The notes below the pieces were generated by a model. That model was given only the letters and a program-made list of their open reading frames with translations, made no database searches and was not told the DNA's origin. From Haplodiscus bocki (Eukaryota): 64,000 bases of DNA. The stretch spans positions 117,738,001 through 117,802,000 of the forward strand of contig OZ296651.1 of assembly GCA_965655095.1 (NCBI GenBank). Direction: 5' to 3'. Below, in pieces: positions 53,792 to 64,000 of the stretch; positions within the stretch are counted from its first letter, which is position 1, and every line of letters begins with the position of its first letter. The position numbers were made by a program, and so were the translations under genes.

Positions 53792-56700
53792 TTACAGCAA
53801 ATTGCCAATTTCAAGACATCTTCTTTATGAGGCCAATTTATGACTAAGTTTTCTGCTGTTGACAATGCATTCGGGAGGGAGATGTTCTTCTCCCTCAAGT
53901 TAAGCACTTTAGTAACTGCCTCAAGCCACCGTTTTTCAAAAAAACCTTATTCTCTCCGTTGAGCTGCTTGCAAGAAAACCAGTCGCGTAAGCACACAAAA
54001 CCCAAGGTCTTCGAGAGGGATCCTGTGTGAATGATGCTCCCAAGCCAACATTATGTTCACGAATTCGTCGATTGAGGCTCATTGTTGAACCAATATATAA
54101 CAAGTTGTTTTGCGGGACGCACTGAATAAGGTAACAGTAGCCAACATTCTCTTGCGGTATACTGATGGTTGATGGAAAAGGGTTTGTAGCACCATGGAAG
54201 ATCGTTGGGTCACGGGAAGAACACTTCTGGAGGATTTCGAAAGTCAGCTCCGACCACTGTGACTTTTTACACAGCAAACTCAGAATGGCTCCTTCGTTCG
54301 ACTGCTTCGATCCCACGAAAGTGATGTCCGCCAGTGACCGAACACGACTCATTACTACGTATAGTTGCTCTGGCAACCAAAGTGAAAACTCTTGGGCTCC
54401 AACAATCTGCGTGGCAACTGTTGGGAGTGTTTCGCCCATAGTTTTATGAATAGTTGACGCCACGTACAATTTGAGGGGGAATTGGATTCTGCGACAAATA
54501 GTTCTGTGGTTTAGACGAATGTTCACTCCAATTTCTTTTGCAAGGACAATACATCTCCAGGTACTTCGAATTACAGAGAGTGGTGGAATGGATCGGCAAC
54601 CAGCAGGTGCCAAGGCAACAGTTACTGTTCCGTTGTCAGCCAATGAGTCCAGGGAAACCAAAACACAGAGTTTTCCTTGGCAAGCCATCACATTTGGCTT
54701 GTTAACGGTGAGTCGGAGAATTGCTCCAGGGAACAGAAACAACGATTGTGGCTCCAAACATTTCTTGTTTAAAAACTTTGTCGCCGCTCCAGAAGCTTCT
54801 ATCCAGTTGTCCGTACTTGACACACACATTTCATCTGTCGATGAACTTTCATGGAACTGGGAACCACTGTCTTTCACTTGACAAATTTTCTTTAATGTCG
54901 CACATCTTTCTGCTTTGCGAGTAGCAAGAATTCTAATTGTATCATTTGGTACGTCATCCCAACATTCTACGAAATTGCAATTTCGCTCAATCAAATTCCA
55001 ATTTGCTTTCCGATGGGAGGTGTTCTGGGAAAAGTTGACATGAGTGACAAAACTTTCTGACCTGCTTCGTTTTGCATACGCACAAAGTGCTGGAGGAAAC
55101 TAAAATGAAAAGTCGTTAAAGGGAATGAAGAACTGATCAGACAACTTCCTTTTGGTGGAAGTTGAAAAAAATCTCCTGTTGCAATGATTAGTTTCCCAGC
55201 AAATGGCACGTAGTTCGAGCAAATGATTTGGAAAACCTGGTCCATGGCAGCCCAAAGTTCACTTGAGATCATCGAAATTTCTTCAACGAACAATACATCC
55301 AAATTCTGGAGAAGCCGACTTTTGTCCGGTGATTTCTGCAAGCTGGACAAAGCTACTCGAGACAGAGAATTAACAGTTCCATTTTTTTCCACCGGGAAAG
55401 GAATGAGAGCGTTCAGATGCTTCCCAACTAAAGCAGCCGACCTTTCGACCGCCAGCGAAGTTACCATGCAATTGAGTCCTTGACATATTGCATAACTCAG
55501 ACCTCTCAGCATGATGAACGTTTTTCCCGTTCCTGGTGCCCCTGCAATGATTTGATGTCTGACGAAATTTTGTGTTCCTCCTCTGTACAAGTCCACCATT
55601 TCAACTAAATGTTTCAAAATTTCACTCTGTTCACAGTACGACTTCACTGTCTGGCCAGGATGTCTACCAAAGTCCGGTTTCCAAACAATGGGTGCAGTTA
55701 GGGAAGCGTCTATCATACTTTCTTCGCTTGGAAGTCCCATTTGACATGTGTGTAAGAACTCTACCAATCTACTCTTGTTCATTGTCAAATCTACAGCAAA
55801 ATTTTCTTCGAAGTCGGCAGAGATAGTGCGATCCAAAACAGCTGGTACCCCGGATGCAAAATACAAATTGTTTTCCAACAGTGCCTCTCCTAGAACACTA
55901 TTTGCCATCAACAAATACTTGTCAATGAGTTTAGAGGATCCTGGCACAAAGCGGAGCTGTTGCAGTAGGTACCGGCGAGCTAGTTGAAGGACGACTGCTA
56001 CAGTAATGTTGTTACGCTCGACCAGTTTGGCAGCTACAAAAGCTTCCCTGAAAGAGGAAACAGAGAGAATGTCCAGTTCGGTGTCAAACGAACCAAAAGT
56101 TAGTACAAAGTGCAACAAGAACTTTGTTGGACTACTGGGCAGATTATTTGTGAAAACCACTATGGCTTTTTGATCTGAGAAACAAAGATTGTACGCTACT
56201 AGTCTGGGGCAACTGTTGGTTCCTTGCAATTTGGGGACAATGTGTTTGCGGCACTCCTCTTTCAAAATTCGTCCCTCGGCTTATCACTTCTTGTTGCACA
56301 GAAATCAAGAAAATCGAAGATAGCGGGTGGGCGTATCTTGATGACGTATCCGAGGCAATCAACCCAAAAGTCATTACACGATGCACGGCTCAACAAAATC
56401 TCATGACTACTTTTCCCTTTCGAAATGTTGTTTTTGAGTCTAACGAACCAACTGAAATAACTTTTCAAACTGCTGACAAAGAGAAGCTCCGGTGGTCTCA
56501 GCCCAAAAATGGTCACTTTGTCAGGCGTAATCGAACTCGCTTCTACATCTGCCAACAACAATTCTTGATTTTTTGTTAATTGTCGATGTTTTGGAAGCTT
56601 CAGGACGTTTTTCCGAATTCGAACAGCTTCGGCAAAAACAGCACTGATGTTCATGGTGCTCGCAGTATATTTTTCTATCACTATTCCTGATCTGAATTCT

Positions 56701-59700
56701 TTGGGAACTGTTGGTACATGAATGAAATCTACGTTTGTGCAAACGCACGGCAACTGCAAAGCCCACCACAAGCATTCAGTAATGCTAACAATTCTTCCTG
56801 TTACAGATTTGCGTTTATCATCATCCTGACGTTTTTTGGTTACGCTGGATTGGACACCGGCTATTTTTTCATTCACAATAGGTTCCGTTTGCACTTTCAC
56901 TTCATTCTCACCAGCAGAGGCTAATATCTTTGTGAACGCCCGACCTTCCACACCGGCAGCATACTTTGCAACGTATCGTGAACACATTTCGTCGTCACAA
57001 ATTTGGACGTTCGTACTGCTTTCGGTGAAAGCAAACAAAGCTGCATTTGTTGGTGACGAGTGTTCATTGTAAGCAGCAGGGTAGTGATGTTTTCCAGCTC
57101 TCAGTTCTTCTTCAACTTTGTCTGTTGAAGAATTAGGGTCAATATAGGACAATTTCATGCTTCTCAGCAAGTCCCAAGTTTCTTTGGAGTAATTAGGTTG
57201 TATTTCCTTGTAAGAGAACTCAACTGATGCAGGATATTTAGGTAGCCTAGACACTGGCTTTCCCGACCAATCAGTTTTATTTTTACATCTATTTTTTCCC
57301 TTGCCACAATCGTGCCGTTGGTATTTTTTGAAAAGTTCTCCCAACCGGAACCGTTCTCTATCCGATAATGCTGGACAACATTTGCTCAAGGCGCCCATGA
57401 ATGTTTCTTTCGAACAGCAGACTCGAGATTGAACTTCCGGACCAAACTTGTTTTCTCCGGTACACATTAGTGCATGGATGTGTGGAAAGGCCGAAGTTTC
57501 ATCTTGCCACTCGTATCTCATCCATAAGTGAGAGATTGGTCCCAAAGGTTGCTCGGCCGAACACTTCAACCATTGCATTACATACAGTGAGGCGCGATGC
57601 CAACATCTAAGCATAAGCATTAATTCACTTTGTATTACAGATAATCTCAGTTCTTTCGATGTAATATCGGGCGGGTAAAGTTCGTCAATAGCCTGGAAAA
57701 TTTTTATATAGCCGGGGTGAGTAGATTGCCCACATGTGTATTTAACAAAATAAGTGGGGTTTTTATCTCTAATGAGTGCTGCTACTTCGCAGACATTTTT
57801 CCGGGATTCTGCACAATCGAACTTGAACGTTTCATCGGAAAAGTACTGATAATTAGTAGGCGCACTGCCCAATTCTTGCCAGCCTCTGTTCAACACAATC
57901 CGAATATCAGTTTTACTCATCTGTAAGTTTAAAAGACAGTCAAAAACGAACTGAAGATATGATGCGTGAATGGAGGTTAAAAGCGACCCATCAGTGATGC
58001 GAGTTCGCAGCATGTTCTCTAAACCTGCAAACCCCACTTGTTTGTTGTATTTTTCGGATTGGAACAGGGATATTGGAATTGCTCCTTCAATGCTGCCATC
58101 GTAATTTTGGGACCAGAAAATAGAAGGAAAAAGGAGTCCTTCCGGTTGAAGCAAAGGCGTTGATGATGTCGAGGAAGCTGTAATGTTTTCCATGAAACGT
58201 TTCTCCTTAACGGTTAGGGTAATGGGATGACTTTTTTTCCTGTACAGTAAGTTGCATCGAAAATTCAACAGTATGTGGAGAGGAGTATTGTAATTTTCCT
58301 CACTGACAGCCTCTTGTACAGCAACAATGGCCCTTTCACCCGAACACACGTTCAATTTATTCATCACCAATTCACTTTCGCTGATCGAGTTTGCGTTCAT
58401 GTTGTTGCACAAAAAAGAAGCTAACGACGAACTTGAGTTTTGACTTGAACAGTTGATGGATAAATCTGGTTCAACAACGCGTCTGTCCTGCTCACATAAA
58501 CTAGCTATGTTGGAATTCAGTTCACACAGTGCACCATTGATTGCAGCTTCAGCGTTTGGTTTTTCAGGCGCTAATTTTCATTTTGCTATAGGTCCAACTA
58601 AAACTCGTAAGTTCGGATGTTTCATTCCCTCGTCGAAATGTGTCTTACACACACAACTGTTGCACTTTGAGTAGGCACATCTGAGGAATGATGACCTTCC
58701 ACATCGACAGAAGTAGTTGCTACGTCGGAAGTCCCTTGTTAAACATCATGTTTGTCACAAATGAAAACTCCTTGACCGGTTAAATTACTGAGATAGTGCC
58801 CCTTTACAGTCGACACTTTCTTAGAGTTAGTTCCTCGGTAGATTAACAAACTCCAGTAGCCTCGTAGAATTTTTTCTATTAAGGTCTCAGGTGACTCCAA
58901 CAAAGGTTCAGCAAACTTGTTAGCTTTCAGTGTACGCCAAAAATTGCAGAAGGGACCACCATGCCGAAGCAAAATTACAGCATCTGTACCCCGAGAACCA
59001 CAACCACATCCCACAAGCTCAAATTGGACATCAAACACGATGATATTGAGAGGTGGGTTGACCTTGTTCCTCAAACTGTTTACATCAGTTGTTGTAGCAA
59101 TCACGTGTTTCGTATCCTTGGTTACGTCGCGCACAATTTTCTCAGTCAATTATATTCTTTGGCTCAAATGCAGATGGCATAAGTCAGCACATAATGCGTG
59201 CAACACCACGCCACCCGCCTGAAAAAAGTTTGAAATCATGTTTGGGTTGTCATTGTTAGTCGCCGCGTTGTTCAATATACTGTCAATGTCAGCTTGAGCT
59301 TGTGAAATACGCTGCAACTTGCTTTCTTTTCCAAACCAAGCAAATGTATGACCAACAGTGACAACAAATTTGTTGCCAAAACGTGGTTAACGCCGGATAC
59401 CATGGATGAACATAAAATTGGAGAAATGCAGCATGCTGCTTGAAGAAACCAGAGTGTATCTCCAGTATCATTGATCAGAGGAGGAGGTGAGCAACCATGT
59501 TCATTGTTTGGTTGAGCCAAAGCGTAGCACTGAAGAAATTTCACATTACTCAAAAGTTCTTGTTCGTTTTTGTCCATCACTTTCGTCAATCGAATGCAGG
59601 TGTCAAGATCTACGCCGACATGCTCCGGCATTTTTTCCTTTTTCAGCTGATATTGAGAGAGATCAGTGGCGACATCTTCAATCAATTTACCTTGAACAAC

Positions 59701-61859
59701 CCATTGTCTAATTAAAATTGGGATATCTGACCTGAAAAACATGGCGGTTCCTTCAACCTGGAACAAACGATTGCTAGTGATGTTCCAACGCCGTTTACGT
59801 CTCAACGAAACAGTACTCATACCACTATAAGACCCAACGCTCCGAAACAGTTGATAGGTGTGGCTAGCATAATTAGCCTTTAAGCTACTCACACACGACA
59901 ATGAAGGTGATACAATGGCTAATCGTTCCTCAAACAAAGTTGGAATTCGTCCCAGCTCCGGATGCCTGGGGGGATGCAAGAACTGTAACGCACATCCCCT
60001 GTCATGCGCAGAACAAGTTTGCACAACCAAACCTTCTTTCTCATGTAACCGCAATGTGGCAGCCACTAGAAACGTCTTTAAGCACATCAAAGGGCGCAAA
60101 AATTCGAGTCTAGCGCCTCTGAGTTTTTTGAATGCAGACGTTTGGAATGATGTGAAAGTTCTGTCTATTAAGTTTACAAAAAGCTGCGCTGGTATGTAGC
60201 CAGGATCTTCGATAAACGTCCAACAACCAAAAAGGCAACGTATGTTTGAATTCGGTTCCAAGTCCAAAGCTTCAGCCATTTCTTTTTGTCTCATTGTTGT
60301 CATTAGTTGCTCGAAACGTTTCAGTCTCTGTGTTCCATCAACAGTACAAGTGCCAAAAATACGCCGCCGATTCAAAACACGCTGGATGCAACTAGGGAAA
60401 AGGGTAATTACCCCTAGCCAATGTTGCCTTATTTCCAGGGGTAACAGCGAGCAAATAGCGAATAACAAGGTTCTGGCTTGGAAGTATCAGAAAGGAGCGT
60501 GAAAAAAACAGCTGGCCAAGCCATTTGCCAGTTAACTTTTGGTGCAGTACAATAGTTATAACAGAAACAACACAGATGTACGTTATCGTTTTTCAGCTTC
60601 CTGCCGAACTTTCTATTAACCAATCCAGCTTTGCTATAGGCCTTAATGTCGAACGGAAAATATACCGTGGCTTGACGCATGCACTTGCATTAAATGCTGG
60701 CAGCATCGACAGTATCTGTCACAACCAATTTTGACTCAGTTTTAACGGTTGATTCTTCAGTCAATTCCGATGATGGAACAAAATTTTCAGTTATTTTCAG
60801 TAAAATCTCATCAGTCAACTCGCCTCCAGGCAATTTGTGAAACTGATCTTGTCGATGTTCCACAGCAGTTGGAGGACGGCCTCTACTTCGCGTTGTAGTA
60901 TTTTCTCCATCACAAAGAGCTTCTGCCAAACAAAAAGATGTCACAGCTGTATTAGTTTCTCTATCGTCGATCAAATATGTGGCGACTGGATATTCTGAAG
61001 ACCGTCTGCGCTTCTGCAACGGCTCAGTTTCATCAAGTGCTGCAAGCGCTGTCTGGATTACGTGGCAGTGAGTATTCATTGCTGAATTTGCACATTGACT
61101 ACTCGAACCAGCAACATCTTCTGATAGGAGTGATGAAGTGTGGTATGTTTCGGTCAAGCCACTAATTACCTCAAAGTGATCTCCAGTTCGCGTTCGTTGA
61201 ATGAAAAGGCCTTGTCTGTCATTTGAGCAGTCGCATTTGTAAACGAACCAATTTTTCAAAAGACTGTGGTATACATAAACGTCCAATTTAAAAATTTGAC
61301 AGAAGGTATATATTTCAACACAAGTGCCAAAAACTCCATTTTCTGCCATTCGCGATGTCTGCAGGTAGTGGTTGACAGTTGGACTGGTGAGAAGTTTGTT
61401 CTGGTTGGGGAACTCAGCGGAATAGATAGAAGTTTGCAAACTGTTTTCCGGAAAAGTTACCGAGTCCATGTTACTCACAATATGTTTCCTCAAATCATGA
61501 CCACTTTCATGAGAGAAACCGATAGCTACGCCCAGGGCAGTGAAAAGACAATTACCATCACCCGTTATTTTAAGACTCTGCGAGGGTCGAACAGAACTGA
61601 GGCGAATGTTAGTTTTATTCACAATTATGCCGCTTGTTGGGGAACAGGATAGTCCCATCGCTTCCAACCTTGATTCTAAGTGCAGGGTATAAACAGAGGA
61701 GACCAGCAAGTTACTATCAGCTATACTGTACAAAATTCCTAATGGTTCGCTGGTTGAAGAAACATTGTCAGTGGTATTTGGACAGGAGTGATTACGTTCA
61801 CTGAAGCGTCCACATTTTGCACAGCGACGTGTTTTCAAATCACTCTTGCCAGATGGCAT
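53792..61859 (-). pseudogene. Disrupted RepHel polyprotein, family B copy 2
   Basis: Fragments 61901-60690, 60680-60429, 60468-59272, 59149-58739, 58412-56262, 56265-54991, 54994-53936 carry the same OTU/Rep/PIF1/GIY-YIG motifs; lesions differ from copy 1. Confidence 0.9.
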
Positions 61860-62057
61860 TACTCTTTCACAAGAAACTTTGCACAAAAGTTTATCAATCA
61901 CTCATCTTTAATAGTGAATACATTGTAAAGAGTGGGCGCCATTATAGAACCAACGTACAAAATGACATCGTTTTGCTCGGCTTTCAAACTGTTCAATTAA
62001 CGGTAGCATCTAATTAATTCGAAAAAAGTAGTATCCAGAAAAATACATGCAATGTGG

Positions 62058-62095
62058 GCCTTGGTTTTGCGCAGTTAACGGAGCAAAACCAAGGC
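62058..62095. repeat. Perfect 13-bp inverted repeat, family B copy 2
   Basis: Stem identical to 10907-10944, one loop substitution. Confidence 0.8.
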
Positions 62096-64000
62096 ATTCA
62101 TCAGAGAATGAAAACAAACAGGTACTTACTTGGAGAGGCGGCGATGTAATGAGTGTTAATTGCGAATCTTGTGTTGTTTAAAAATCGTATTTAAGAAAAT
62201 AATTTCCGTTCGCCCATACAAGTGGAACGCATCTCGATGTTACGGATTCCCGTAAATTAGTAGTGTACATGGCGAGTTCTGTCAAGTTTTTTTCCACAAT
62301 CCTCAATAAAAGAGACTACAATGCACATCACAATGGTTCTTAGAAACCAACAATGTTCAGTTGGAAAAACCAACTGAGAACGCATAAGTGTTGAGCGAAT
62401 TCATACGGATTTCGAAAGGTGTTTGGGAAAACTGTGCACTTTAGCAGGCCTGCAAGTTAACCTAAAAAGAGTAATCATGAAAAATGAGGAGGCAAGAAAT
62501 GGAGAAAAAAAGTTTTCCGAGATCTTACTATTAATTCAGGCAAACTAAAATTATGCCCTATTCTTTATGACTGAAGTCTGACACGAGCTGAAAATTGACT
62601 CCACAGGAAAATATCATCACGTAGAAAACCCGAAATCCTAACAAATTAGAGAACTATGATTAAAAGATTCTCACCATCTCGTTTTTCTCTTAGTAAAATC
62701 TTGGCTTCCAAAATCATTGCATGATACGGAAGTTATGGAAGCTGAGAAAACCAGGTGATTCAGTTGAGAAAACAACTGCTTGGAGCAGTGGTTGATCAAT
62801 AAAAATTCAATCAAAAAAATCGACAGCGTTTATGTAAATGCTAAAAATGAAATATTCAAGTTGATTATTGTACAAAGCAGATGGGATTTTTGACGGTTGA
62901 AACAAGAAACAGCAAGAGGCCCTCTTTTTCCCCCGCGAAAAAACACGTTAACAATTTTACCTTGTCAAAGTTTCATTTGAACACCTGAAGAATGTAAACT
63001 TTCAGTATTTGCCGAAATTTTTTGAAATTGTCGTCAAACAGAAGTCGTTTTCTTATAAGTGCGTCACAAAGTTGATCCACAGTCCCATGCGTGGTACTTC
63101 CACGCCACAGATAACACACAGTTTGCTATGAATGTTGAGGCAGTACTTTCCACCAAAAAGTATTTTCTACAAGCAAGGCTTTTCGCTAACATCTGCACAA
63201 AACGCGTCCGAATCCAAACAGTGTTGTCGGAAAAGGCAATTTTTTGCGGTCAAAACTATTGATAATATGATCTGAATTACGGTCATTCGATCTTGAATTT
63301 CGCTCCAAAATTGGTAAAAACGATTGAGTGGTTGATCACATGGAAGATGAAACGAAACTCACAGGCAACACAAACATGAAGATTTTTCAATAGCAGCAAA
63401 AACACGATGAAATGACGCACACACTGTCAAGTTTGTCAGAAACCTATAGGTAATGTAATTCTGCGAACATGCACGTTAACACTCCGTAGCTTTTAGGCGG
63501 TAGAAGGGTAAAAAATTGATGAAAACATTTTCTCCGTAGCAAAACCATTAGCTTGCTCAACTCTGAGGAGCCCGTTGACACTGTTCGTTCAATGCCAATC
63601 ATCTTTGGAATCCATCGGTATAAATTTAAAGTTACGATTATGTTGTACACTTTTCAATTTTTCTTACGCCTCTCATGCTCCATCAGCCACATTAGCAATT
63701 CATGTAGGATGATAACAGCGGAGTTCCCCTTTGGAATTCGGAAATTGTGGAAGAATACCCAGTAGTCAGTCAACGATTCTTACAAATATTATCCAGCATT
63801 CTTCGTTCAGGAAAACGTCAGTTAAATAAATTACCCGAAACAATTAGCTCAATTTATCGACAGAAGCCACACGATGTTGACCATAGTCAGTTGAGACTTC
63901 AGTGAGCCACGATTCACAAGAGGAAAACTTCAAACGATCGAATGACATAAGAAAAGTGTCTACTTTAGAGGGTACAAATGAGGGATGGGAAATTGGCAAA

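Larger units (their letters stand above)
48411..64000 (-). mobile_element. Helitron-like element, family B, copy 2 (right end outside window; degenerate)
   Basis: Beta-type head (48411-~48980), then minus-strand accessory gene, SGNH gene and disrupted RepHel; colinear with 1-12857. Confidence 0.85.

Overview
The window is eukaryotic DNA (GT-AG introns, no host housekeeping genes seen) made entirely of a head-to-tail array of rolling-circle (Helitron-like) elements. An invariant 17-mer, CCTCCACTGGGTGGTCA, occurs 7 times in the same orientation (14205, 29213, 30240, 31298, 46305, 47353, 48411) and splits the window into 8 units: B(<1-14204), A(14205-29212), short alpha(29213-30239), short beta(30240-31297), A(31298-46304), short gamma(46305-47352), short beta(47353-48410), B(48411->64000). 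Every unit whose start is visible opens with a related ~570-600 bp non-coding head module. The large units carry the same three co-directional genes: (1) a ~2,700 aa polyprotein with OTU protease, Cys-rich region, HUH Rep, PIF1 helicase and SLX1-like GIY-YIG nuclease; (2) an SGNH-hydrolase-like protein; (3) a ~335 aa protein of unknown function, possibly OB-fold/Zn. Family A (two near-identical copies, open ORFs, with a 2A-like leader) reads away from the head; family B (two older copies with disrupted RepHel) reads toward it. The four ~1.03-1.06 kb units are non-coding. The most notable signal is an apparently self-targeting rolling-circle system in which different autonomous and non-autonomous elements are joined at one shared 17-bp junction. 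Domain calls come from motif recognition only; no database search was run and the host cannot be identified.
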